A stretch of 64,000 nucleotides of DNA from Thermoplasmatota archaeon. GTDB lineage: Archaea; Thermoplasmatota; Thermoplasmata; UBA10834. The stretch's first letter is position 1; each line of letters opens with the position of its first letter. Below are positions 45,365-54,136 of the stretch, one piece after another. The notes under the pieces are model-generated. The model made no database searches and was not told the DNA's origin. It saw only the letters and a program-made list of their open reading frames with translations. The stretch spans positions 160,001 to 224,000 of the forward strand of contig JBFMHR010000001.1 in the NCBI GenBank assembly GCA_040751795.1, read 5' to 3'. The translations under genes and the position numbers were made by a program.

Positions 45365-45759
45365 TACTCCTTCTTCTCCTCTTTCTTGATGAGCTCGGAA
45401 ACGGGCTTCAATCCGTGGGAGGTTATCTTGAGGTTGACCTGGAGAGTGTCGGGCGCGACGGTGTTGCCGCGCATGTTCTTCTTCTTCCTGAGGCCGCCCT
45501 TGTCCGGCCTGAAGCCTGTGCTCTCAGAGACGAGGAGCTTCTTCCTCCTGGGGCCAGGGAGGTCCTTCCGCATCGGGAATCCGTCCTTGTCGCTGCCGCC
45601 TGTGATCTGCAGCTTGTACCCTGGGAGGCCTACGAATATGCCGTCTATGACGTCGCCTATCTTCTTGCCTATCAGCGAGTTCGCGTGGTGCCCAGCGACA
45701 GGCGCCTGATACGACTTGCCGTCCTTGGGGTCGTTGATGACGGCCTTGAAATCTGCCAT
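45364..45759 (-). CDS. rps6e: 30S ribosomal protein S6e
   Basis: [32 protein letters not shown]. Confidence 0.96.
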   Translation of the reverse strand: MADFKAVINDPKDGKSYQAPVAGHHANSLIGKKIGDVIDGIFVGLPGYKLQITGGSDKDGFPMRKDLPGPRRKKLLVSESTGFRPDKGGLRKKKNMRGNTVAPDTLQVNLKITSHGLKPVSELIKKEEKKE

Positions 45760-45892
45760 GGGATCGACTCCGGTTCGCAGGACGCCCTAATGCGCAAGGA
45801 GTTATAAGGGTTTCGGAATCAGCCGGGGATGCTGGTATGTCCTCCGAAGGGAGCCGGTACCTGCGCCGACTTCGCCGGCGCTGCGCAGACCC

Positions 45893-47647
45893 TCATCTGC
45901 CCCAGAACGGCTTCTCCTTGCGCTTCACGGCCGCGACCTGCTCGAGGACCTCCTGCTCGTCGGGCGAGAGCTTGTAGTTGGACAGCTCACGCGCGTGGCT
46001 CTCCGGGATGTCGACCAGGAGCACGTCCTCGACGTCGATCTGCCTCCCGACCGTGGCGTCGTCTATAGCGACCGCGACCTCGCTGCCCGCGATGGCCTCC
46101 GCGAGGGTGTTCTCGCCGCTCCTTATGCTCTTGACCCTGCCGACCTGCCTGCCGTCCTCCCGCATCAGCATCTGGCCGGGGCGGACCCTGCCCGCGAGGA
46201 CGCGCACGCCCACGATCGCGGGCTTGCTCACCCTGAAGACGTGGTCCCTCATGATCTTGACCTTGCCGGGGAAGACGGTCTCGAGCCTCTTCTCGGCCTC
46301 GACCTCGCGCTTCCTCACCTCGCACCAGGCCTTGTACTCGTCTAGGAGGCGGTAGATGACCTGGTTGGAGAACATCTTCACGCCCGTGCTGGCCAGCTCG
46401 GCCTCGACGTCAGGGTTGGAGTCGGTGTTGAAGGCGAATATCACCCTGTGGAGGGGGTTCTCGAAGTTGGACGCCTCGAGCACATCCTTGCGCGTGACCT
46501 TGCCTATGCCCACCTTCCTTATGGGGAGGTCGGCGTTCTTGGCCTCGAAGACGAGGGCCTCGAGGGACCCGATCGCGTCGCCGCGCACCACGATGCCCTC
46601 GTTCGCGAGGTCCACCTTGAGCTCGCTCTCCTTGCGGACCTCCTCGCGCACGGCGTCGACGTTCTCGTTCGCCACCCTGAGGATCCCGCCCGCCATCGCG
46701 TCCTCCATGTTCTGGCCGACGAGCCTGATGCCCGCCGCCGCGGACACCGACTTGACCTGGTCGAAGCGCTGCGTCGGGTCCCTGATCTCGTCCAGGGGCC
46801 TCGGCCTCAGGAGCGCCCTCACCTTGGTCTGTATGGGCTCGCCCCTGGCGGACGAGACCAGTATCTGGTCCCCGACCTTCAGGGTGCCCTTGTAGACTAT
46901 GGTGTCCAGGACGGTCCCGATGCCCTTCTCCTCCTTGACCTCGAGGACCGTGCCCTCCGCGGGGCAGTCCTCGGTCCTCAGCTCCTCCTCCAGGAACTTC
47001 TGGGCCAGCCCCACGAGGATCAGGAGCAGGTCAGGCAGCCCCTCGCCGTGCTTCCCGCTCACCGGGACGATGGCGATGGACTTGGTGAAGTCGGATATCT
47101 TGTCGAACCGGTCGGCGCTGAAGCCCGTCCTGTCGAAGACCGCGCCGGCGATCTGGTATATCCTCTCGTCGAGCTCGGCGACGACCCGCGGGTCCTGCTC
47201 GGCGAGGGACTGGGCGATGGTGGAGCCGTCGTGGACGCGCCAGCCCATGAGCCTGTCGACCTTGTTCGCGGCTATGACGAACGGCGTCCTGAACTTCCTG
47301 AGTATGTTGATGGACTCGAGGGTCTGCGGCTTCATGCCCTCGGTGACGTCTATGACGAGCACGGCGAGGTCTGCGAGCGCCCCGCCCCTGGTCCTGAGGG
47401 TCGCGAAGGAGTAGTGGCCGGGAGTGTCGATGAACAGGAGGCCGGGCACGGTGAACTTCCTGTCGCCTATGAGCGGCCGGCAGAGCTCGTTGATCGTCTC
47501 TATGGGCACGTCTGTCGCGCCGATGTGCTGGGTGATGCCGCCGGCCTCCCTGGACACGACCTTGGTGCCCCTGACCCTGTCCAGGATCGTGGACTTGCCA
47601 TGGTCGACATGGCCCATGACGGAGACTATCGGTTGCCGGACGGCCAC
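45893..47647 (-). CDS. infB: Translation initiation factor aIF5B/IF-2
   Basis: RQPIVSVMGHVDHGKS, EAGGITQHIGAT, DTPGH, NKVD, GSLEAL; no intein. Confidence 0.96.
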   Translation of the reverse strand: MAVRQPIVSVMGHVDHGKSTILDRVRGTKVVSREAGGITQHIGATDVPIETINELCRPLIGDRKFTVPGLLFIDTPGHYSFATLRTRGGALADLAVLVIDVTEGMKPQTLESINILRKFRTPFVIAANKVDRLMGWRVHDGSTIAQSLAEQDPRVVAELDERIYQIAGAVFDRTGFSADRFDKISDFTKSIAIVPVSGKHGEGLPDLLLILVGLAQKFLEEELRTEDCPAEGTVLEVKEEKGIGTVLDTIVYKGTLKVGDQILVSSARGEPIQTKVRALLRPRPLDEIRDPTQRFDQVKSVSAAAGIRLVGQNMEDAMAGGILRVANENVDAVREEVRKESELKVDLANEGIVVRGDAIGSLEALVFEAKNADLPIRKVGIGKVTRKDVLEASNFENPLHRVIFAFNTDSNPDVEAELASTGVKMFSNQVIYRLLDEYKAWCEVRKREVEAEKRLETVFPGKVKIMRDHVFRVSKPAIVGVRVLAGRVRPGQMLMREDGRQVGRVKSIRSGENTLAEAIAGSEVAVAIDDATVGRQIDVEDVLLVDIPESHARELSNYKLSPDEQEVLEQVAAVKRKEKPFWGR

Positions 47648-47745
47648 GGCTCGCAAGAACCGGTGAGGATATATCAATGTATCCCGGGCTACAGCTGGCT
47701 GGTAACGGGGATGGGAAAACAGAGGGTAAGCGGTTTACGGCGGTT

Positions 47746-48201
47746 TCACTTCTCGAAGACCCACGCCTCGTCGGCCTTCTCGTACGACTGGAGCTCGTAG
47801 TCGTTGAAGAAGAGCTTGATCTCCCTCTTGGCGCTCTCGGAGGAGTCGGAGCCGTGGACGATGTTCCTGCCGGTGACCTGGCCGAAGTCGCCCCTGATCG
47901 TGCCCAGGGCCGCGTCCTGGGGGTTGGTCCTCCCCATCATCGCCCTCGCGGCGGCGACGCAGTTCTCGCCCTCGAGCACCATGCAGACGACCGGCCCCGA
48001 GGTTATGTACGACAGGAGCGGGGCGTAGAAGCCCTTTCCCTTGTGCTCCTCGTAGTGCCTCTCGGCCAGCTCGTGCGGGATCCTCATCATCTTCATCGCG
48101 ACGACCTTGATCCCGCGGTCCTCGAACCTCTGGACGACCCTGCCGACGAGGCCCCTCTGGACCCCGTCCGGCTTGACCATCACGAAGGTCTTCTCGATCA
48201 C
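47746..48201 (-). CDS. ndk: Nucleoside diphosphate kinase
   Basis: [27 protein letters not shown]. Confidence 0.97.
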   Translation of the reverse strand: MIEKTFVMVKPDGVQRGLVGRVVQRFEDRGIKVVAMKMMRIPHELAERHYEEHKGKGFYAPLLSYITSGPVVCMVLEGENCVAAARAMMGRTNPQDAALGTIRGDFGQVTGRNIVHGSDSSESAKREIKLFFNDYELQSYEKADEAWVFEK

Positions 48202-48203
48202 CC

Positions 48204-48611
48204 TCAGGCCCCCTCGTCCTTCGCGGGCTTGGCCTTCTTGGCCGCGGGCTTCGCCTTCGCAGGGGCCTCCGGCTCCTTCTCCGGGGCTGCCTCAGCGGGC
48301 GCGTCGGCCTCCTTCCCCGCATCGGGCGCCGGCCCGGCGGGCGCCTCCTTCTCCTCGGAGTCCTCCTTCTTCACCTTGCGAACCTTCTTCGGCGCGGCCT
48401 CGGCGAGGCCGGGCTTCATCCTGATCTGCTTCTCCCTCTCGTAGTGCCTGGTCCAGGTGACCCTGCGCGGGACCCTGCCGAGCTCGACGAGGTTCTTGAA
48501 GCACTTGGACGAGCAGAAGTTGTAGGTGACCCCGTCCTTCCTGACGTACATCCTGCCGGTCCCAGGCTCTATCTCGACCCCGCAGAACGTGCACACCCTT
48601 CTCTCAACCAT
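48204..48611 (-). CDS. rpl24e: 50S ribosomal protein L24e with long low-complexity C-terminal tail
   Basis: [32 protein letters not shown], followed by a ~75-aa K/E/A/P-rich tail. Confidence 0.93.
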   Translation of the reverse strand: MVERRVCTFCGVEIEPGTGRMYVRKDGVTYNFCSSKCFKNLVELGRVPRRVTWTRHYEREKQIRMKPGLAEAAPKKVRKVKKEDSEEKEAPAGPAPDAGKEADAPAEAAPEKEPEAPAKAKPAAKKAKPAKDEGA

Positions 48612-48638
48612 GTAGAACACCTCACGACGGAAGCGGGC

Positions 48639-48851
48639 TCAGCGAACGCTGAGCTTCTTCGCCTCCCTCGAGGTCTCCTTGAGCATCAGCACGTCCCCGA
48701 CCCTGACGGGGCCCATGCAGTTCCTGGTGATGATCCTGCCCTTGTCCCTTCCGTCAAGGACCCTGACCTTCACCTGGGTCGCCTCGCCCGTCATGCCGGT
48801 CCTGCCGACGACCTCGACCACCGTCGCCGGTATGCTGTCCATGTCAGCCAT
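48639..48851 (-). CDS. rps28e: 30S ribosomal protein S28e
   Basis: [31 protein letters not shown]. Confidence 0.96.
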   Translation of the reverse strand: MADMDSIPATVVEVVGRTGMTGEATQVKVRVLDGRDKGRIITRNCMGPVRVGDVLMLKETSREAKKLSVR

Positions 48852-48860
48852 CTAGGCCAC

Positions 48861-49232
48861 CTACTTCTTCAGAGCCTTCAGCTTCTCTGACAGTTCGTCC
48901 AGAGCAGGCTTTCCCTTGGATGCGTCGAGCACCGCGACCGCCGCGGTCGGCTTCTCGAGGCCGCAGGCGTTCCCCAGCTCGGCCTTGCTCGGCACGAAGG
49001 CGTAGGGCACGTTCTTCTCGTCGCACAGCGCCGGCATGTGCATCAGTATCTCCGGCGGGGAGACGTCCTCGGCCATGACGACCATCTGGGCCTCTCCGCG
49101 CTCGACGAGCTTGGTGACCTCGTTCGTGCCTCTCCTGAGCTTCCCGCCGTCGCGGGCGAGCTCGACGATCTCATACGCCTTGTCAGAGAGCTCCTTCGGA
49201 GTCTCGAACTTCACATACACTGGCTTCGCCAA
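48861..49232 (-). CDS. rpl7ae: 50S ribosomal protein L7Ae
   Basis: TTG start after GGAGGT; GKLRRGTNEVTK, AEDVSPPE, ELGNACG. Confidence 0.96.
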   Translation of the reverse strand: MAKPVYVKFETPKELSDKAYEIVELARDGGKLRRGTNEVTKLVERGEAQMVVMAEDVSPPEILMHMPALCDEKNVPYAFVPSKAELGNACGLEKPTAAVAVLDASKGKPALDELSEKLKALKK

Positions 49233-49410
49233 TTCAATACCTCCTTCGGGTGCTTTCGCACCTTCATCATTCATGGGCCCTTTTGCGAAAAGAGCAACCT
49301 CATTAATGGATGGTCCTATAAAAGGGTTCCTGACCTCGTTCCGCGTTTGGGCTGGCTCCCCCCACTGCAGAGGTAATATATCGCCGCGGGGCATCCCCCA
49401 TGGGAGCCAC

Positions 49411-51297
49411 ATGACCGGGGCCAACGTACATTTCCAGCCCCTCGGGAGGAAGACGCCCCCGGAGGAGGGCAAATCGCTTCTGGAGCTCGCGCGAGACGCG
49501 GGCGTGGCCATCGAGTCGGTCTGCGGCGGGGCCGGCAAGTGCGGCAAGTGCAGGGTCATTGTGAGGTCCGGGGCAGGGAACCTCTCCCCCGCGGGGCCGG
49601 GCGAGCTCTCCCTCCTCGGCGAGAAGGCGGCGCGCGCGGGAAGCAGGCTCGCGTGCGTGGCCAGAGTGGTCTCCGAGGCGGGGATGGTGGTCGAGGTCCC
49701 CGAGGAGAGCAGGCGGGGGCACCACAGGCTCCTCGCGGCAGGGGAGGAGCGCGTCGTGAGGCTCGCCCCCGCCATGACCAAGGCCGTGGTCGAGCTGCCC
49801 CCCGCGTCGCTGGAGGACGTGCGCGCGGACGACGACCGTCTCCTGGACGTGCTGCGGAGGGGGGCGAGGGCCTCGTCCGGGATGTCGCCGGGGGCCCACA
49901 GGTCCCTGCCTGGCGCGCTCAGGGACGGCTCGTGGCTCGTGACCGCCGCCCTGTTCAGGGGCAGGGAGGTCGTGAAGGTCGACCCGGGGGACACGACGGA
50001 CGACGTGCACGGGGTCGCAATCGACATAGGCACCACCAAGGTCGTCGCGTACCTCATCGACCTCCTGACCGGCGAGGTCGAGGGGACCGAGAGCATTCCC
50101 AACCCCCAGATCCCGTTCGGCGAGGACGTCATGTCGAGGATAACCTACTCGACCAGGGAGCCGGACGGGGACGCCAAGCTGCAGAGCGTCATCCTCGAAG
50201 GCGTGAACTCCCTCATATCCAGACTCTCAGATTCGACCGGGGTCCCGAAGGAGAGCGTCCTGGAAGTGATGGTGGTCGGCAACACGGCGATGCACCACCT
50301 GTTCTTCGGCATACCCGCGAGGCACCTCGCGACGGCGCCGTACGCGCCGGCGGTGAGGACGTCCCTCGTGTACGACGCGGGCCAGATGGGCGTGGACATC
50401 TACCCCTTCGGGAAGGTGTCGTCCCTCCCGAACATCGCCGGATTCGTCGGGGCGGACGCGGTCGCGGACCTCGTGTCCAGCGGGCTATACAGGGACAGCC
50501 ACATAGGGATGATGATCGACATCGGCACCAACACCGAGATAATCGCAGGGAACAGGGAGCGGCTGGTTAGCTGCTCGTGCGCCTCCGGCCCGGCGTTCGA
50601 GGGCGCCCACATCAGGTTCGGGATGAGGGCCTCGACCGGCGCGATAGAGCGGGTCTGGATCGACCCCGCCACTGGGGACGTCAGGCTGAGGACCGTGGAG
50701 GACGCGCGCCCCCGGGGCGTGTGCGGCTCCGGCATAGTCGACGCGGTCGCCGAGATGTTCAGGTGCGGCATACTGGACCCCTCCGGCAGGATGTCCCCTG
50801 GCAAGGCAGGCAGGGTGAGGAAGGGGGACGGCGGCGCGCCCGAGTTCGTACTCGCATGGGGGAGGGACACGGAGACGGGGGAGGACGTGACAGTCACCCA
50901 GCACGACGTGGAGGAGATACAGCTCGCCAAGGCTGCGATATTCACCGGGGTCTCGGTCCTCTCGAGGAGGCTCGGCATAGCGCCCTCGGAGCTCAGGAGG
51001 GTGTACGCGGCGGGCGCCTTCGGCACCTACGTCGACGCATCGAGCGCCATAACGATTGGCATGTACCCAGACGTCCCGGCCGACAGGATCAGGTTCATAG
51101 GGAACGCAGCCGGCTCCGGGGCGCGCATGGCCCTGAAGTCCACGCGCGTGAGGGACCTCGCCGAGAGGCTCTCGAGGCAGGTGGAGTACGTCGAGCTGGC
51201 GGCGGAGAAGGACTTCCAGTCCGAGTTCGCCAAGGCGATGTTCCTCCCCCACAGGGACGTCGGCAGGTTCCCCTCGGCCAAGGCCGGGAAGGGGTAG
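49411..51297 (+). CDS. ASKHA-family ATP-dependent corrinoid reductive activator (RACo/DUF4445-type) with N-terminal 2Fe-2S domain
   Basis: CGGAGKCGKC..RLAC (2Fe-2S), DIGTT, GEDVMSRI, GNTAMHH, GFVGAD, DIGTNTE, SGPAFEG, GVCGSG, QLAKAAI, AGAFG, GNAAGSGA. Confidence 0.9.
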   Translation: MTGANVHFQPLGRKTPPEEGKSLLELARDAGVAIESVCGGAGKCGKCRVIVRSGAGNLSPAGPGELSLLGEKAARAGSRLACVARVVSEAGMVVEVPEESRRGHHRLLAAGEERVVRLAPAMTKAVVELPPASLEDVRADDDRLLDVLRRGARASSGMSPGAHRSLPGALRDGSWLVTAALFRGREVVKVDPGDTTDDVHGVAIDIGTTKVVAYLIDLLTGEVEGTESIPNPQIPFGEDVMSRITYSTREPDGDAKLQSVILEGVNSLISRLSDSTGVPKESVLEVMVVGNTAMHHLFFGIPARHLATAPYAPAVRTSLVYDAGQMGVDIYPFGKVSSLPNIAGFVGADAVADLVSSGLYRDSHIGMMIDIGTNTEIIAGNRERLVSCSCASGPAFEGAHIRFGMRASTGAIERVWIDPATGDVRLRTVEDARPRGVCGSGIVDAVAEMFRCGILDPSGRMSPGKAGRVRKGDGGAPEFVLAWGRDTETGEDVTVTQHDVEEIQLAKAAIFTGVSVLSRRLGIAPSELRRVYAAGAFGTYVDASSAITIGMYPDVPADRIRFIGNAAGSGARMALKSTRVRDLAERLSRQVEYVELAAEKDFQSEFAKAMFLPHRDVGRFPSAKAGKG

Positions 51298-51498
51298 GCC
51301 CCTCGGGGACCCCCCGTTGGCGACATGCGTCTTGAACAAAGGTCGAACTCGTCGGGTATGTTTCGAATCCCGTGCGCCTTATAAGCGGAGTTTGGAATCC
51401 GGTCCAGGTTAGCCCCGCAGAGATTAAATAAGGTCTCGCATTTGGCGGTACCGAGGACCGCGCGGGATTGTCGCGCGGCCCGTGGTGTATGTGAAATA

Positions 51499-52713
51499 AT
51501 GAAGGCAATGATGCTTGGAGTGGGAGCTGTGGGCTCCGTGACCGCCGAGATACTCGCGGCCTCGGAGGAGTACGACAAGGTGATACTCGCCGACCTCAAC
51601 CTCGACAGGGCGAAGAGGACCGAGAAGAAGATATCGAGCGACAAGGTCGAGGTGCAGAAGGTCGACGCATCGGACGTCGACGCCATGGCGAAGGCGTTCA
51701 AGGGGATAGACATCATCCTGAACGGCGTCATCCCGAGGTTCAACCTCAAGATCATGGAGGCCTGCGTCAAGGCCAAGGCCAACTACGCCGACATGGCCTG
51801 GGACATCGCCCCCGACACCACCAAGCCGGGGCAGGTCATCAAGGAGACGCCGGCATGGAACCAGCTCCGCATGGACGACGAGTGGAAGAAGGCCGGCCTG
51901 ACCGGCATGATCGGCCTGGGGTGCGACCCCGGCCTCTCCAACATATTCGCCAGGATGGGCGCCGACAGGCTCGACCGCGTGAAGCAGATCCTCGTCAGGG
52001 ACGGGGACAACGGCACCGTCGAAGGGCACAAGTTCGCCCCGCTCTGGTCCCCCGAGACGCTCATAGAGGAGGTCCTGATGCCCGCCACGTACTACGCGGA
52101 CGGCCAGTACAGGAAGCTCCACCCGTTCAGCGGGAAGGAGAACTTCGACTTCCCGTCCCCCGTGGGCACCCTGCCGATATACAACGTGGACCACGAGGAG
52201 TCCGAGACCCTCCCCACGTTCATAGGCCAGGTCCTGGGGAAGGGGTGCGACTACTGCGACTTCAAGATCGCCCTGGACGACGACTACGTCGAGGCCATAC
52301 AGATGCTCGGCATGCTGGGCCTGGACAGCCCGAACAAGGTCGACGTCAAGGGCTCGAAGGTCGCCCCTAGGGACGTCGTCGCGGCGTGCCTCCCCGACCC
52401 GTCGACCCTCGGCGAGCGCGCCAAGGGGGACTGCGCCATAGGGACCGTGACCAAGGGGGTCAAGGACGGCCAGGAGGTCAGCTACTACATGTGGGTACAG
52501 CTCAACCACCAGCAGACCTTCAAGAAGTACGGCCACAGCGCCACGGGCTACTCGGTCGGCGCGCCCCTGGCCATCGGCGCCATCCTGTTCGCGCAGGGCA
52601 AGATCTCCCAGAAGGGGGTGTTCCCGCCGGAGATGCTCGACCCCGAGCCGTGGCCGGCGATGCTCAAGAAGCACGGCATGCCCGTGCACACCCTCGAGCA
52701 GAGGCACTACTGA
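51499..52713 (+). CDS. Saccharopine dehydrogenase-family oxidoreductase, paralog 1
   Basis: GVGAVG Rossmann motif, NYADMA, GCDPG, VRDG, DHEE, GVFPPE. Confidence 0.85.
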   Translation: MKAMMLGVGAVGSVTAEILAASEEYDKVILADLNLDRAKRTEKKISSDKVEVQKVDASDVDAMAKAFKGIDIILNGVIPRFNLKIMEACVKAKANYADMAWDIAPDTTKPGQVIKETPAWNQLRMDDEWKKAGLTGMIGLGCDPGLSNIFARMGADRLDRVKQILVRDGDNGTVEGHKFAPLWSPETLIEEVLMPATYYADGQYRKLHPFSGKENFDFPSPVGTLPIYNVDHEESETLPTFIGQVLGKGCDYCDFKIALDDDYVEAIQMLGMLGLDSPNKVDVKGSKVAPRDVVAACLPDPSTLGERAKGDCAIGTVTKGVKDGQEVSYYMWVQLNHQQTFKKYGHSATGYSVGAPLAIGAILFAQGKISQKGVFPPEMLDPEPWPAMLKKHGMPVHTLEQRHY

Positions 52714-52743
52714 CCCCGACCGGCTGCCCGGCTGCACACATCT

Positions 52744-52831
52744 GGCTAGCGGACGCGAGGGGTTTATCTAGCCGCTAGCCGCTTCCTGACCCGGTGGGGG
52801 GATCCCGGCCCACCGGCCGGGAGTTAGGAGG
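52744..52831 (+). promoter_or_regulatory. Promoter with flanking inverted repeat and structured 5' leader
   Basis: GGCTAGCGG (52744-52) and CCGCTAGCC (52772-80) flank a TTTATC box; leader pairings reach the AGGAGG RBS. Confidence 0.4.
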
Positions 52832-52842
52832 TACTTGAAAGG

Positions 52843-54051
52843 ATGAAGGCAATGGTCCTGGGAGTCGGGGCCATCGGCTCAGTCACGGCCGAGGTGCTCG
52901 CCGGCTCGGAGGAGTTCGACAAGGTGGTCCTCGGGGCAAGGAACCCCGAGAAGGGCAAGAGGCTGCAGAAGAAGATCTCGAGCGACAAGGTGTCCGTCAA
53001 GAAGCTGGACGCTTCGGACGTGACGGCGATGGCGAGGGCCTTCAAGGGCCTGGACCTCGTGTGCAACCTGGCGATACCGAGGTACAACTTCGCCATCATG
53101 CGCGCCTGCGAGATGGCGAAGGTCAACTACCTCGACACCGCGTGGGACATCGCCCTCGACAAGACGGGGCCGGGCAAGGTGATCAGGCCGGCGCCGCCGT
53201 CGTTCCTGTACCTCAAGAAGGACAAGGCCTGGAGGAAGATGGGCCTGACTGGCATGCTGGGCGTCGGGTGCGACCCGGGCCTGACCAACCTCTTCGCGAG
53301 GAAGGCCGCGGACAGGCTGGACAGGGTGAAGGAGATCCTGGTGAGGGACGGCGACAACGGCTACGTCGAGGGGTACGACTTCGCGCCGCTGTGGTCGCCG
53401 GAGACGCTCATCGAGGAGGTCCTCATGCCGGCCACGTACTACAAGGACGGCCACTACAGGAAGTACGGCTCCTTCGAGAACAAGGAGGAGTACGACTTCC
53501 CGGACGGCGTTGGCAAGATACCCATATACAACGTCGACCACGAGGAGGCCGAGACCCTGCCTACCTACATAGGCAAGGTGCTCGGGAAGGGGTGCGACTA
53601 CTGCGACTTCAAGATCGCCCTCGGGGACGAGTACGTCGACGCCATCCGCATGATCGGGAAGCTCGGGCTGTCCAACCCGGACAAGATCAAGGTGAAGGAC
53701 GTCATGGTCGCGCCGAGGGACGTGGTCAACGCGGCCCTGCCGGACCCGTCGCAGCTCGGGCACCTGTCCAAGGGGCAGTGCGCGATAGGCACCGTGACGA
53801 AGGGGCTGAAGGGCGGCAGGGAGACCGGGTACTACATGTGGACCTCGCTGGACCACAGCAAGGTGTACAAGAGGTGGTGCAACAGCGCCACAGCGTGGTC
53901 CGTGGGCGTCCCCGCGGCGATCTCCGCGATACTCTTCGCGCAGGGGAAGATCGACCAGAAGGGGGTCTTCCCGCCGGAGATGATGGACCCGGACCCGTTC
54001 ATCAAGATGCTCCCGAAGTACGGGATGAACTACAACGAGAAGAGACTCTGA
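52843..54051 (+). CDS. Saccharopine dehydrogenase-family oxidoreductase, paralog 2
   Basis: Colinear with paralog 1, sharing long identical blocks (FAPLWSPETLIEEVLMPATYY, VLGKGCDYCDFKIAL). Confidence 0.85.
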   Translation: MKAMVLGVGAIGSVTAEVLAGSEEFDKVVLGARNPEKGKRLQKKISSDKVSVKKLDASDVTAMARAFKGLDLVCNLAIPRYNFAIMRACEMAKVNYLDTAWDIALDKTGPGKVIRPAPPSFLYLKKDKAWRKMGLTGMLGVGCDPGLTNLFARKAADRLDRVKEILVRDGDNGYVEGYDFAPLWSPETLIEEVLMPATYYKDGHYRKYGSFENKEEYDFPDGVGKIPIYNVDHEEAETLPTYIGKVLGKGCDYCDFKIALGDEYVDAIRMIGKLGLSNPDKIKVKDVMVAPRDVVNAALPDPSQLGHLSKGQCAIGTVTKGLKGGRETGYYMWTSLDHSKVYKRWCNSATAWSVGVPAAISAILFAQGKIDQKGVFPPEMMDPDPFIKMLPKYGMNYNEKRL

Positions 54052-54136
54052 GAAACCAAGGGGCCCGCGAGGGTCCCGACACTCTTCCCTTCCGCCGCTG
54101 ACTGGTTTATATCCTAAGTCCGCATACCAACGGCCC

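Noticed and set aside
45893-47647. Intein in infB
   Set aside because: The length (~584 aa) and continuous GTPase motifs leave no room for an insertion.
49233-50132. 423-aa extended L7Ae ORF
   Set aside because: The real gene starts at TTG 49232 after a GGAGGT RBS; the extension is antisense to the ASKHA gene and crosses promoter sequence.
49411-51297. Evidence for methanogenesis
   Set aside because: ASKHA activators also occur in non-methanogens, and no mcr, mtr or methyltransferase genes are in the window.
51340-51420. TTCGAATCCC T-loop-like motif suggesting a tRNA fragment or att site
   Set aside because: No cloverleaf or acceptor stem, and the match to the tRNA-Gly 3' end is too short.
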